Assembly (NCBI RefSeq): GCF_963921235.1
Contig: NC_086108.1
Span: 38,938,001-39,002,000 of the forward strand
Source: Mobula hypostoma
Lineage: Eukaryota
Reading direction: 5' to 3'
DNA: 64,000 nt
In this document: positions 1-13,280 of the stretch, piece after piece
Position numbering within the stretch: position 1 is the stretch's first letter
How the letters are laid out: every line of letters begins with the position of its first letter
Translations under genes and position numbers: made by a program
The notes under the pieces: generated by a model
What the model saw: only the letters and a program-made list of their open reading frames with translations
What the model was told of the DNA's origin: nothing
Databases searched by the model: none

Positions 1-837
1 AAGCACATAGTGTATAATTGAGCAAACATGCTCAATACAAAAGCAAAATAAAATAACTTTTCATTGCACCAGTTGCATTCAGAGTAATATATCACAAACA
101 CAGTTAAGAGCATGATAGAAGTTTATTTATTTGAGAACTTATTTCCCTGTGCAGAGTGGTCTATAAGTCAAAGTCATAGATTTAAGATGAGTAGAGAAAG
201 TTGAGAAGGGACTTGATTTTTTTTTTCCCTACTCACAAACAGATGAACTTCTAGCTCGTAAGAGTGGTGGCAGCAGAGACTCACAACATGTTTAAGAGAA
301 ACATTTGAACTGCTGCAAACTGCACTACTTATTTAACTATTTTATATATATATATATTTACTATAATTTACAGTATTATTATATATTGCATTGTGCTGCT
401 GCTACAAAGACAACAAATTTTATGATATGTGCCGCTGAGATTAAACTTCTGAAGAGTGCAGAGTGACAATTAGGAGGTGGGAGGTGACTTTTGCATTGTC
501 TGGCATAGAAATGATGGGCTGAATGGTTTCCTTCCCAGCCATCAATGTCCTTCCTCTCCCCGATGCAATGTTAGTCCAGATAGGTTTAGGTGGGAAAATT
601 TCTGAAAGGTTCTTAATGTGTTACGGGAATTTGTTTTTGGAAAATAAAGATAACAGTGGGTTTTCAGGTGATTAATCGTTGACCTAAAAATTACTGTTCT
701 GCTATTTATACCTAGTTGCTCTATCAAATTTCTGAGGATGTTATCATTCTGGCTCTGCTTTTCTGTCTCAGTATAATCAGCATTAGGCCAAAGTTATCAG
801 CAGAGAATACCTGAGACAGTTATAATACTATGTTAGG

Positions 838-1023
838 AACACACACACACAATGCTGGAGGAGCTCAGCAGCATCTATGGAAGGGAGTAAATATTCAACA
901 TCTTGGCCCAAAACATAGACTCTTTATTCCTTTCCGTACTGTAGATGCTGCCTAACCTACTGAGCTCCTCCAGCATTTTTGTATGTTACTCCGGATTTCC
1001 AGTACTTGCAGAATATCTTGTGT
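838..1023. repeat. Palindromic (hairpin) short element of the Penelope-end-derived family
   Basis: acacacaatgctggaggagctcagcagcatcta ... tagatgctgcctaacctactgagctcctccagcatttttgtatgt forms an inverted repeat; the same arm terminates the Penelope fragment at ~38030-38085. Confidence 0.7.
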
Positions 1024-1044
1024 ATTTTTCCCAAGTTGTGTTGG

Positions 1045-1527
1045 CTAGTTTGCCAGTGTGAGCTCACAAACTAGCAGTGTGAGTGTGTTAACCAATGATT
1101 CAAACAAAGCAACATCAGACATCACCATTGGGTAATCATCACATGCCTTTGGAGACAGACTCTTCGTGCTTCCAGTGTATTCATTTGGATTCTTTCTCTC
1201 CAGGAATCGACATACCTCACACACAAGACAATTTAATTCTAGGTTCTTGTTGATCTTGCATTCTTTCTTCCCCAATGTATTGAGTTCGCGATCAGGCAAA
1301 ATATTTGAGTAAAGTTGGCTGAGTGAGTTTTTTTTTAGTCAGGAGAATGAGTAGTAGTCTTAATCTTTCCATCAAATTACAGACATCAATCCGCACCAGG
1401 GAACTAGGCAGATGTCACTGTTTGGAATACTGTGTCTAATTAAGCTCCCCCTGTTTATGCTGGTGTATGACGCACACAAAATCCATGCTTGTGGCTCACA
1501 AGACCAGCAAACTGTGCTGCTGGACGC
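1045..1527 (-). pseudogene. Relic exon of the decayed minus-strand GREB1-family gene (most 3' piece seen with a clear acceptor)
   Basis: Acceptor ctgcactttcag|GC at 1527, phase 1, matching the phase-1 end of the 3668-3784 exon. Reads (G)VQQHSLLVL*ATSMDFVCVIHQHKQGELN*TQYSKQ*HLPSSLVRIDVCNLMERLRLLLILLTKKKLTQPTLLKYFA with stops, then shifts into ORF 1045-1299. May continue into ORF 542-727. Confidence 0.45.
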
Positions 1528-1759
1528 CTGAAAGTGCAGCACTCAGGCCCTGTTTCGCAGTAATATTAAGTCAGCCGGTTCTCTCGAAAGCCACCTCTTG
1601 AATGGGAAAGTGTATGTGACTGAGACCACTAAAGCTGACAACATGCTTAATCCTCCTCCTGACATCCCACTGCATTATTCCACCTCCTTTCCGATCACAC
1701 GCTGAGGATGTGTAAGCATGCCTCTCTCACTTTCACTCCGCAACCCTTCCCTTCTCACA

Positions 1760-3027
1760 GCAGGTCCATAGCAGATGCCATATTATTGGCTCTTCACTCA
1801 ATCCTGGAACATTGGGACAGCAAAGATGGACACATCAGGTCAGTTCAGCATTTGATGCCATCTTCCCGTCAAATATATCAATAAGCTTCAAGACCCTGGC
1901 CTCATACCTCCTTGGGCAATTGGATCCTCAATTTCCTCACTTGCAGACCCCAGTCAGTCTGGATTGACAACATCTCCTCCACGATCTCCATCAGCACAGA
2001 TGCTTCACAAAGCTGTGTGCTTAGACCCTGCTCTGCTCACTTTACACTTACGACTATGAGGCTAAGCACACAGCTACAATGCCAAGTTTAAGTTTGCTGA
2101 TGACACCACTGTCATAGGCTGGATCAAAATTATTGCTGAATGAGCATAAAAAAGGGGGACTGAAAATCTGGCTGAGAGATGCAACAACAACCTCTTGTTC
2201 TTGCTGACATTGAATGAGGAGATGATTACTGAATTCAGGAGGAGAAGCCAGAGGTCTATAAGCCTGTTCTTGCCTGGGAATCAGAGATGGAGACGGTCAG
2301 CAACTTTAAATTCCTCAGCGGATCTGCCCTGGGCCCAGCACTTAAGTGCAATTATGACCAAAGCCTGGCAGCATCTTCCTTAGAAGTTCACGAAGATTCG
2401 GCGTGACATCTAAAGCTTTGACAAACTTCTATAGATGTGTTTCAGGGAGTATATCGATTGGCTGCATCACAGCCTGGTATAGAAGTACCAATGCCCTTAA
2501 TCCTACAAAAAATATTGGATACAGCCCTGTCCATCACGGGTAAAGCCCTCCCCACTATTGAGCACATCTACACGAAGTGCTGTTACAGGAATGCAGCATC
2601 CATCATCAAGAACCTCCACCAACCAGGATATGCTCTCTTGTTGTTGCTGCCATCAGGAAGAAGATACAGGAGCCTTAGGACCCACACCACCAGGTTCAGG
2701 AACAGTTACTACCCCTCAACCATCAGGTTTTTGAACCAGAGGGGATAACTTCACTCGTCTCTTTACTCAACTGTTCCCACACCCTATGGACTCACTTTCA
2801 AGGAATCTTCATCTCATGTTCTCGATATATATTTATTTATTTATTCCTTTGTATTTGCATAGTTTGTTGATTTTGCACATTGGTTGTTTGTCCAGTTGGG
2901 TGTGGTCTTTCATCGATTCTATTATGTTTCTTGTATTTACTGTGTGTGCCCATAAGAAATTGAATCTCAGGGTTGTATGTGGTGACTTATATGTACCTTG
3001 ACAATAAATTTACTTTGAACTTTGAAC
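1760..3027 (+). mobile_element. Rex1/Babar-type LINE, degraded 3' portion
   Basis: RT remnant (aagtttgctgatgacacc = KFADDT); ORF 2437-2748 has the typical C-terminus (LLPSGRRYRSLRTHTTRFRNSYYPSTIRFLN); ends aataaatttactttgaactttgaact. Confidence 0.8.
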
Positions 3028-3667
3028 TAAATTGGCACTGTGAACGATCAAGCAATAGATGTAACATGGTTGCATTTTACAATCTTCAGTAACTGTACAT
3101 TGAAGCATGAATTTTTAATGCCACGTTTATGGTGGAAAAGTGAGTTCAGTCCTGGGAGTACACCTGGATTCTAATTACAATTATTCAGTCAGAGAAAGGG
3201 AATCCGGAGACTTATCCTACACATAAGAGAGAAACACTTGACTGATCTTGTGGTTGTTATTTCGCAGTAGCTTGCAGTCTAACCCACCTTCTGAGAGAGC
3301 TGGTGCTGAGTGGTCATGTGTCCTCTGGGAGCCCTTTCTGACAGGACACAAAATATTGCACAGCTTCCAATCAAATGTACTGCTGCAGTTACATTAAAGG
3401 GAGTAAAATAATCTGCTCAATGGTCAATAGAAATAAAATGAAAATGCAGGTAAGATAGTGTCCACACAGAGAATGGGGAAGGGAAGGGAAAACAGGACAT
3501 TGTAATGAATGGAATGTGTAACAGAAGCAAAGATGAAAGGCAAAACGGAATAGGCAAGGTATGCAGAATGAAGGGCAGTGGCTCACATGGGAGAGGAATG
3601 CATTTTGTGGAGAGTCACCTCTTGAGCTTTCTGGAGATTAAAATGATAATGATTTGATTATCATTAC

Positions 3668-3784
3668 CTGCAGAAACGAGCTCCAGACCTGCAGCTACAA
3701 GATAAGCATCACTGTGAGTTAACACACAGGTACAGGTGAGGTCTGGTGGGAGAGAATCATTTCAAGCCTTTAAGAGTTGTAAAT
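3668..3784 (-). pseudogene. Relic 117-nt exon of the GREB1-family pseudogene
   Basis: cttctag|AT...GCAG|gtaatg, phase 1 to 1. Translates LQLLKA*NDSLPPDLTCTCVLTHSDAYLVAAGLELVSA; the pattern SLPxxL-x12-LVxxxLE matches recalled GREB1 [28 protein letters not shown] without gaps; one in-frame stop. Confidence 0.6.
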
Positions 3785-3963
3785 CTAGAAGCAATTTTTT
3801 TTTATTTTCATGAAGGATTAGAGAACTAACAACTGCAACATCGAAAATAGGGTACTGTCAACTATTGGACAGCACTTTTAATGGTTTTTAATTTTCCAGA
3901 GTAAGTAAAGAGCTGAGTGAGTCTTTTTTTTAAAACAGTGCAGGACAGGGGTAAATTTACTAC

Positions 3964-4826
3964 CAACTCATGCAAATGAGGAAGTTTTTATCTGTCAGTT
4001 ACGTATAACTATAAATGTATTGTGACGCTCTTGTCCATAACAATTGATTTCATCATCCAGGTGTGTGTATGACATTCCTCTTCCATCCTGCCAGAATATT
4101 TTATTTGCAAGAATTTTTATATTTTATTGAAATGAAATTTATTTTGAGTTTTTCTCCTGTCTTCCTTTCCTGGTTGTTGTAAATTTACATGTAGACATAA
4201 AAGTTAGATCACATGGATCAGTCTTTCAAAGAGACATCAAAGGGCTTTATACTGGGAGTTCTGATTTTATGAAATATCTGCTACATGTTTAACTTCATAC
4301 TGTGAGAATTTCAGAAAACAATTGTCATGGTGACTAGGTTAGGAAGATGCATTTAGTTTTTGAAAATTAGCTTGGACTCTCCAACAGTGGCATCCTCTCC
4401 GTGACCATTGCTCATTCAAACAGTTTGCTCAGCCTTAAGTCTCACATCAGTAAGAAATTTTACCAACCAGTATTGGTCATTGTGGTCATTTTGCTCCTCA
4501 AACCAGTCAACAGATCCAAATTCCGTCCTGTCCTTTACCGCCTTTTCAGACTGACCTGACATTTAATAACCTTGGTGTTTGACATAGACATTAAAACTTA
4601 CAACTTATCCTTTTTCCCATCCCTACAAAATTGCTTACTTAGCTCTACCCCAAACTCAGCTGGTGGCACCTTCGTTGGTCTCATTTGTCACCTCCAGCAT
4701 CAACAGCCCGCAAAGTCAAGTTTTTGTCCATTTTTCTCAATTGCAGAAGGAATTCTGCTCCTTATATTATTCCAAGCAGTCTGATCGGGTTTCATTCCCA
4801 AGAACTACTTATAAACTGAACTGTTC
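3964..4826 (-). pseudogene. Large relic exon of the GREB1-family pseudogene
   Basis: Acceptor ttatttccaacttag|GA at 4826, donor G|gtagta at 3964 (phase 1). Long near-open stretches such as EFGSVDWFEEQNDHNDQYWLVKFLTDVRLK and GRGMSYTHLDDEINCYGQERHNTFIVIRN, broken by stops and frameshifts. Confidence 0.5.
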
Positions 4827-4879
4827 CTAAGTTGGAAATAAACAGTGTGTGGGAAGGGATCACAGAAAAGGCTGTGATG

Positions 4880-5200
4880 AGGGGGAGTGGACAGGTGCGG
4901 GAGGAGTAGCCCCCAGCTGGCCTCATTGTCTCAGTAAGCTGCTTACTGCTTACTCTGCTCAGCTCGACTCGACCCCCGATTGTTGTGACTCTGCGGAGGG
5001 GGGCGGGGGTAGGAAGTAAAGGCTTCCAGAAATGCCCATTCCTCCCCTGCAGCATCCAGAAAATCCATCCCAATCCATTCCATTGACCTCCTGTGCGGGT
5101 GTCAGTAAGTCAGGTGTTTGTAACCTGGGGGTGGGGAGGGGGTGGAATCTGGAGAGGCAAAAATGAATAGGTATCCAGATCAACACCTGACGTGGCACTA
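4880..5200 (+). promoter_or_regulatory. Candidate promoter / non-coding first exon of the CRB3-like gene
   Basis: Non-repeat GC-rich patch with CpGs: GC box ggggcgggg (~5000-5008), ETS-like aggaagt (5011-5017), E-boxes CAGGTG (4892-4897, 5111-5116) and CACCTG (5184-5189), and a consensus donor gtaagt at 5105. Confidence 0.4.
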
Positions 5201-5305
5201 GAGCCACTGCAATCACCCAATTAGAGGCTACCTGTACAAATCAAGCTGGCCTCAAATGCTGACAGTTTGCCCACTGCTAGGTTCTATACACAATCAACAC
5301 CGTGT

Positions 5306-8300
5306 TGGGGTGGAGTTTGTTAGGTGTGTTCAGGAAGGTTTCCTGACACAATATGTAGATAAATCTACAGGAGGTGAGGCTGTACTCGATCTGGTATTAG
5401 GAGATGAACCTGGTCAGGTGTCAGGTCTCTCAGTGGGAGAGTATTTTGGAGATAGTGATCACAATTCTATCTCCTTTACCACAGCATTGGAGAGGGATAG
5501 GAACAGACAAGTTAGGAAAGCGTTCAATTGGAGTAAGGGGAAATATGAAGCTATTAGACAGGAATTTGAAGCATTAATTGGGAACAGATGTTCTCAGGGA
5601 AATGTATGGCAGAAATGTGGCAAATGTTCAGGGGACATTTGTGTGGCATTGTGCATATGTATGTTCCAACGAGACAGGGAAAGGATGGTAGAGTACAGGA
5701 ACCATAGTTTACAAAGGCTGTTGAAAATCTAGTCAAGAAGAAAAGAAAAGCTCGTGAGAAGTTCAAAAACTAGGTAATGGTAGAGATCTATCTAGAAGAT
5801 TATAAGGCTGGCAGGAAGGAGTTTAAGAATGAAATTAGGAGAGCCAGAAGGAGCCATGAGAAGGCCTTGGCGAACAGGATTAAGGAAAACCCCAAGGCAT
5901 TTTACAAATATGTGAAGAGCAAGAGGATAAGACATGAGAGAATAGGAACAACCAAGTATGACAGTCATAAAGTGTGTATGGAACCAGAGGAGACAGCGAA
6001 GGTACTTAATGAATGCTTTGCTTCAGTATTCACTACGGAAAAAGACCTTGGTGATTGTAGGGATAAATTACAGTGGACTGGAAAGCTTGAGCATATAGAC
6101 AATAAGAAAGAGGATGTGCTGGTGCTTTTAGAAAGCATCAAGTTGGATAAGTCACCGGGACTGGACGAGATAAACCCAGGCTACTGTAGGAGGTAAGGGA
6201 AGAGATTGCTGAGCCTCTGGCAATGATCTTTACATCATCAATGGGGCCGGGAGAGGTTCTGGAGGATTGGAGGGTTGCAGATGTTGTTCCCTTATTCAAG
6301 AAGGGAGTAGAGATAGCCCAGGAAATTATAGACCAGTGAATCTTACTTCAATGGTTTGTAAGGTGATGGAGAAGATCCTGAGAGGAGAGGAAGGACTTAT
6401 GAACATTTGGGGAGGCATAATAGGATTAGTGTAGCCCCCCGGCCAACCTCAGGGGCGCTCGGCTCGCTGTCGTCTAGGGAAACAGCACTCGGCCCTGCGA
6501 AACTGGGTAATAGTTTGTGTGGATGCTGTGTGATGTACCCCACCCCGCCCAAACAACAGACAATACACCAGATATGATTAAATGATTTACAGTTTATAGA
6601 TATTACTGGAACTATATAATTAATAGAGAATAAAATATAACAGGAAAATAAAAGTTGCCACACTTATCAAAGTTCAATCTCTTCGTGCACAAACAGTTGG
6701 AGCTCAGGACCCTTCTTCTTCACCCTGCGACCCCTCAGACCACCACGACCGGCCGCCTGGGACCAACAATGGTGGTCGACTAGACGCTCCACACAAGTCC
6801 GTCTCCGTCTCCTCTCCTCGCCGAACGCCCTGCTTGGGGTCCGACCCTGTTCGCGGACTCACAGCACCTAGTCCATCCTCTGTCTCTCTCTCCCGCCTTC
6901 TGCCCAAAAACCCACGCATACATATCTTACAGACACACCAAAAGCATAACAACCAACCCAATTGGTTCATTCATCCTCTTATCAATAGATAATCCAAAAC
7001 AATCTGCTAGTGGGAGGACTTTCTCAGCAGTTAACATAACAAAGAAGCCCTTTCAATTATAACATAACAAAGAAGCCATTTTAATTAGACTACGTAGTGA
7101 CATATAAAAAAGAAACCCTCACATTAGGAATAGTCAGTATGGCTTTGTCAAAGGCAAGTCATGCCTTATGAGCCTGATTGAATTTTTTGAGGATGTGACT
7201 AAGCACATTGATGAAGGTAGAGCCGTAGATGTAGTGTATATGGATTTCAGCAAGGTGTTTGACAAGGTACCCCATGCAAGGCTTATTGAGAAAGTAAGGA
7301 GGCACGGGATCCAAGGGGACTTTGCTTTGTGGATTCAGAATTGACTTGCTCACAGAAGGCAAAATGGTAGATGGGTCATATTCTGCATTGAGGTCAGTAA
7401 CCAGTGGTGTGTCTCAGGGACCTGTTCTGGGATCTCTTCTCTTCGTAATTTTTATAAGTGACCTTAATGAGGAAGTGGAGGGGTGGGTTAGTAAATTTGC
7501 TGATGACACAAAGGTTGGGGGTGTTGTGGATAGTGTAGAGGGCTGTCAGAGGTTACAGGGGGACATCAATAGGATGCAAAACTGGGCTGAGAAGTGGCAG
7601 ATGGAGTTCAACCCAGATAAGTGTGAGGTGATTCATCTTGGTAGGTCAAATATGATGGCAGAATATAGTATTAATGGTAAGACTCTTGGCAGTGTGGAGG
7701 ATCACAGGGATCTTGGGATCCGAGTCTGTAGGACACTCAAAGCTGCTGCTCAGGTTGACTCTGTGGTTAAGAAGGCATACGATGCATTGGCCTTCATCAA
7801 CCGTGGGATTGAGTTTAAGAGCCGAGAGATAATGTTGTAGCTATATATGACCCTGGTCAGACGCCACTTGGAGTACTGTGCTCGGTTCTGGTCACCTCAC
7901 CACAGTAAGGATGTGGAATCTATAGAAAGGATGCAGAGGAGATTTACAAGGATGTTGCCTGGATTGGGGAGCATGCCTTATTAGAATAGGCTGAGTGAAC
8001 TCGGCCTTTTCTCCTTGGAGCGGCAGAGGATGAGAGATGACCTGATAGAGATGTATAAGATGATGAGAGGCATTGATCGTGTGGACAGTCAGAGGCTTTT
8101 TCCCAGGGCTGAAATGGCTAACATGAGAGGGCACAGTTTTAAGGTGCTTGGAAGCAGGAACAGAGGAGATGTCAGGGATAAATTTTTTATGTAGGGAGTG
8201 GTGAGTGTGTGGAATGGGCTGCCAGCAATGGTGGTGGAGGTGGATACGATAAGGTCTTTTAAGAGACTCCTGGATAGATACATGGAGCTTAGAAAAATAG

Positions 8301-8400
8301 AGGCCTATGGGTATCTCTAGGTAATTTCTAAAGTAAGTACATGTTCAACACAGCATTGTGGGCCGAAGGGCCTGTATTATGCTGTAGGTTTTCTATGTTG
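5306..8400 (+). mobile_element. CR1 LINE, 5'-truncated ORF2 (APE/RT), interrupted by a solo LTR
   Basis: ORFs 5256-5732, 5777-6196 and 7322-7840 give LDLVL/SDHN, KENPKAFYKYVK, QGPVLG, SKFADDTK; CR1 3' tail gggccgaagggcctgt...tttctatg; multiple stops. Confidence 0.92.
6430..7123. mobile_element. Solo LTR (Gypsy-like) inserted in CR1
   Basis: TG...CA termini (tgtagcc...cctcaca), 694 bp, with 4-bp TSD TTAG (6426-6429, 7124-7127). Removing it restores the CR1 sequence gattaggaatagtcag, seen uninterrupted at ~35035. Confidence 0.85.
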
Positions 8401-8609
8401 CAGAAAAACACACAAAATACAAAGCCTTTTAAGGACCAGCTGGTGGGCATATAAAATATCCTGTAATTAGTGGAACGCAGAACCTGGAAGGGCATTCATG
8501 CTGAAGGTAGTTTCCCATTAACACCATGAGATGTTGCTCAACCATCACTCTGCACCCCTCCACTGGTACTTGACCTCCTCGTTTCACATTACCAGTCATT
8601 AATAATAAT

Positions 8610-10590
8610 AATAATAACTTTATTTAATTGACACCTCTTATACATTAAGATGCAAGCTCAAACTGCTTTACATAGATAGTAAAAATAAATCAATATAGTC
8701 TTAAAATACAAAATTAAAAAATCATAAATAATGTCAAATATTATATAGAATAAAATGTAATTGAATGTACCAAATTATATAATCAATTTCAACAGGCATT
8801 AGATAATCCTGTAAGAAGACCAAATTTAAAAATGTAGGTTTTTAGAAGTGTTTTGAAACATTCCACAGTACTATCTTGCTGTATCTCATTTGGTAGAGTA
8901 CAGTATTCCAGAGTTTTGGTGCATAAGAGCAAAAAACCACATTGCCAGTTCTTATATGATTGGCTCTAGGAACACTAGGCAAACTAGTATTCGCAGATCT
9001 AAGATTGCAATTGGGATTGCATGGACATAGACACTCCAAAATATAGGGAGGAGCAAGATTATTCAGGGCCTTATATTCAATTAAGAGCATTTTAAAGTTG
9101 ATCCTGAAGAACACAGGCAGCCAATGTAATGGTGCCAAAACCGATGAAATGTACTCAGATTTTCTTCTCTCCTTTTTTAGTTAAGATTCTTGCTGCTGCA
9201 TTTTGAACAGGCTGCAGCCAATTTATACCTTTCCGAGACAGTCCTGAAAAGAGTTCATTTCAGTAGTCTTAATTGGCTAAAAAGCAAAAGTGTATATCTA
9301 TCTTTCTGCATCTTGAGATGTTATAAGAAATTGAACTCTTGCAATGTTCCTTAAATGAAAGAATACAGTCATAACAATATGGTTAATATGTGATTTGAAA
9401 TTTAGCTCAGAATCAATAATCAGAATCAGGTTTATTACCACTAACATGTGTTATGAAATTTATTAACTTAGCAGCAACAGGTCATTGCAATACATGACAA
9501 TAGAAGAAAGGAAAATAAATAAATAAATTGCAGTTATGTATGTATATATGTATATTGAATAGATTTAAAATAATGCTAAAACAGAATTTTTTTTTAAAGT
9601 GAGATACTGTTCATGGGTTCAATGACTATTTAGGAATCTAATGGCAGAGGGGAAGAAGCTGTTCCTGAATCGCTGAGTGTGTGCCTTCAGGCTTCTGTAC
9701 CTCCTACCTGATGGTAACAATGGGAAGAGGGCATGTCCTAGGTGATGGGGGTCCTTAGTAATGGACAAAGCTTTTCTGAGGCACTGCTCCTTGAAGCTGT
9801 CTTGGGTACTGCAAAGGCTGATAACCAGGATGGAGCTAACTAATTTTACAAATTTCTGTAGCTTCTTTCAGTCCTGTGCAGTAGCCGCACCCCTCCGCCC
9901 CTGTACCAGACAGTGATACAGCCTGTCAGAATGCTCTCCATGGTACATCTAGAGAAGTTTTCGAGTGTTTTAGTTGCCAAACCAAATTTGTTCAAACTCC
10001 TAATGGAATATAGCCACTGTCTTGTCATGTTCATGGCTGCATTGATATGTTGGGACCAGGTTAGATCCTCAGAGATTTTGATGCCCAGGAACTCACTCTC
10101 TCCACTTCTGATTCCTCTACACTCTATGCTCTATCCCTCTGCACCTAAATTCTTTACTTCTGGCTCAATCTCTAAGGCCAGGTGACCAAGTTTATTTCTA
10201 AGATTCACACATTTTTATTTCTACCAATAATCAAAATATTTGTTGTTTTCCTTATTTAATTTAAGAAGATTCAAACTCTTCCATTCTGTAATACTAGTAA
10301 AACAATGGACCAGAGGGTTTAGAGCCTTAGGGTCATCTGGCATAATCGTTGTGTGTTGACTGCATAGCTGTGGTAATTCACTTTGTGTTTTGAAATAATC
10401 TGACTTAATGGGAGCCTGTAAAGTGAGAGCAGCAACGGGCCGAGGATTGTTCCTTGCGGCACCGCAAACACTATATCATGGACTTCAGATGCACAATCAC
10501 CACAGAATTCTCTTCCTATTATACAAGACTGAAAGCAGTTTAAGACTGTACCAGAAAATCCCACCCATTGGTGTAAACTGAGACAATATC
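8610..10590 (-). mobile_element. L2-clade LINE remnant, split by a Rex1-type insertion
   Basis: ORF 8842-9138 PLHWLPVFFRINFKMLL..YKALNNLAPPY (L2 C-terminus) and ORF 10319-10564 VPQGTILGPLL..Y..PL...HSYA (RT). Confidence 0.8.
9410..10120 (-). mobile_element. Rex1/Babar-type LINE 3' fragment nested in L2
   Basis: ORF 9846-10034 QWLYSIRSLNKFGLATKTLENFSRCTMESILTGCITVWY; tail-like aatcagaatcagg at ~9418. Confidence 0.75.
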
Positions 10591-12222
10591 ATTGGAGCTT
10601 GGTCCTTGGTTAAGTTGCTCCAACGCAGGGATCATGAGATTATTTCAGGAGATCAATTATTGCCTGTTATGTTTGTCTATAATAAACTAATACCAATACC
10701 AACGACTTGTCCCATTTCAGCTGTTTGAATAAGCCTACATCTGGTGTTAGTCAGAAATTTATTCTGACTCCTTTGCGTTACAGCCCCTTACCATGGAGTC
10801 AACCCAAAATGATGATTACTATAGAATTGCATTTGGTTGGGGTTAACCTCACATATACTCAAGAAGGCCCCCTTCTTCATTCTTCCAACTGCCTTATACT
10901 GCAGGTCCATCTGATTAAGATAAGACCCAATGGTGGCTTGACTCTGAGACTGAGACAGAGACAGAGATTAAAAAAAACTTGCAAAAACTTTGGATGTTTT
11001 TGATTTGGAAAATGCACCTTAAAACAATCTGCAATCAAGAAAAGGTGCCTGACGTATAAACATTCTGAAGAATACACAATGTGGTGGCACCAGACTGAAA
11101 AAAAGCTATCCCATATCTTATTTGAGTGCTGGAAACTAGCATGTCTACAGAATTACCTGGGCCAGTCCCTGCTTTTGTATTGATGTCAGGCCAAAAGTAT
11201 TGCGTTGCCTTTCTTCCCTTTGGGCTGGAAATCCTCATCCAAATAACCAGACATATGAATTCTGCACCAGGATTCAAGAGTAAAATCACAAATAAGCTTC
11301 TGCACTTTGTGACGAGAATACACATAAAATTAAGATGTTTGCTGGCCTGGGTTAGCATCAGTGACATTAGCAAATGGTCTGCCACCTGCCCTCAGGGGAA
11401 GGAGAGATAAAGAACAATGGAGCAGAGTCTGGAGCAGCTCCCCCTTTGAACCCTGAACTGTTTGAAGTGGTGGACAGGTGATGCCCCAGCAGGGGGATAA
11501 AAAGGGACCGGTTTGCTAGGACACACGCCACCCGAGGTAACGAGACCCTGGAAGCGGTACGCTTCTCACGAGTCGGTGAGAAGTACCAGACAACGGCCAG
11601 GGTGGAAAGGTACGATCAGCGTGAACCCGGTGTGTGTCCGCCCTTGCCTGGGTGCCGGGTTCACTGCAGAGGATCGACCGCATCTGGAGGAGGGGTCACA
11701 GTCGGTGACCTCAGGTGACATCACCAAGGACCCGCCCAAAAGTTGCTTGTGAGCCATCTCGCCGGTCTGTGAGTGAAGCCGTTCTGAATGATCAGTTGTT
11801 CCTGTTCTATCTTTCTCTTCCCCCACGTTGTCCATCGCCATGGCAACGATTACTGCGAACTGAATTACTAAACTGGACTGAACTTTGAGTCACTTTGAAA
11901 TTTGGTCATTTACCCCTAGACAACGATAGAGCTTGATTGATGCTGTTATCTTAATTCTGTGCACATGTGTGTTTATCATCGCTGAACTGTTGCATTTATT
12001 ATCCTTTCGATTACTGTGTTGCTTGTTTCTTTAATAAAACTTTCTTAGTTCTAGTACTCCAGACTCCAACTGAGTAATCCATTTCTGCTGGTTTGGCAAC
12101 CCAGTTACGGGGTATGTAACAACTTCCATTAGCATTCCTGGGGAGCCCATGGTGGGGTATACAGCGGAAATCACCAATGGAGCTCAGAGTTGTTCGAGTT
12201 CCACATACGTCTTGAGAAATGC
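10590..12222 (-). pseudogene. Relic exon of the GREB1-family pseudogene, disrupted by a solo LTR
   Basis: Excising LTR 11308-12121 plus one TSD restores the frame: AFLKTYVELEQL*APLVISAVYPTMGSPGMLMEV/QKLICDFTLESWCRIHMSGYLDEDF... then KHPKFLQVF and, after a shift, ESSHHWVL. Compare recalled GREB1 PFQLAVAQKLLSHVC and QNPHTLFVLIHDHAHWDL, in the same order. Confidence 0.6.
11308..12121 (+). mobile_element. Solo LTR (Gypsy-like), 814 bp
   Basis: Starts tgtgacg, ends tgtaaca; 4-bp TSD ACTT (11304-11307, 12122-12125); internal TATA-like gataaaaa (~11496) and AATAAA (~12033). Confidence 0.88.
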
Positions 12223-13280
12223 CTAGGGAACCTAACAGAATCCTGCCACTATTTTCAATCAAGACTATGAATTGTCTGGTGTCTGCAAAGGTGTGCTACT
12301 TGGGTGGTGTGTGGCACCAAATCACCGGGCACACAATAGGTTCATTGAATTGGGGAATTGGTTGTCAATGGTAACAGCACCTCATGGGTCATGCTACATC
12401 ACAATCTAATGCTTGGGATCATTCAAGTAATTGAGTTGGGTGAGAGATGAATGTGGGATTCAGGTGGGAGATTGGAAAACTCAAGACAGAGTGGCAGTAG
12501 CTGTGACTGTGAGGGAGGAACACAAGGTCATTTTTGCAACTATGAAGTATTTTACTTGCAGGGAAGTATCAGAAGATGAGTTTCCAACATTAGGCTCCCA
12601 TGGTCTAGAATCTGCTCAACCATGTTTCCTTTAATTAACAGCATCCTTCCCATGTACTGTAAGGCTGTCCATGTACAGTTTCAAACAATATCAGACTGCT
12701 TGCAGGTCTGTGACTTGTCTTTACAAGTGACTTGTATTGGAGTTTGAGTTATGTAATGCACAAAGCCATTCTACCACACAATTCCATTGCTTGGCCATTT
12801 TCTGTACAGCCAATATATAAACACTTCCTCTACGCTAAACATTTGTGTTACCTATATCAGTCCCTTCAGAAGTCCCAAAGTGTTCCACAAAAAGCAAGTT
12901 ACTTTAGTCACACGAAGAACAGGCAGCTAAGTTGTTCATTGCAAGCTCTTAGAAATAGAATATGCTAATAGGTGAATTGCGATATTATTTGCTTTGTCGT
13001 AGTGTTGGCTGACATATGAATTTTGGTCAAGATACCGGGAAAACCTTTGCTGCTTTTATTCTTGATGTAATAATGCCTAGGGATCTTTTACAATTCCTTG
13101 TAAGGAATGCGAAGAGATCTCTTACAATCCTTTGAAGAGCAATCAGAGGCTTGATTTAATGTCTTATCGGAAAGACGGATGAGATTTGAATAAGTTGCAA
13201 GTTCAGATGTGTTTATCTACTCATCAAAAGGTACAGTCAGTTAATACTTTATGTACTACACTACTTCCCATGGTACTTAC

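Noticed and set aside
12185..12215. TYVELEQL matching GREB1 TYLELEGL
   Set aside because: Out of order with the other motif matches; probably coincidental and not used as evidence.
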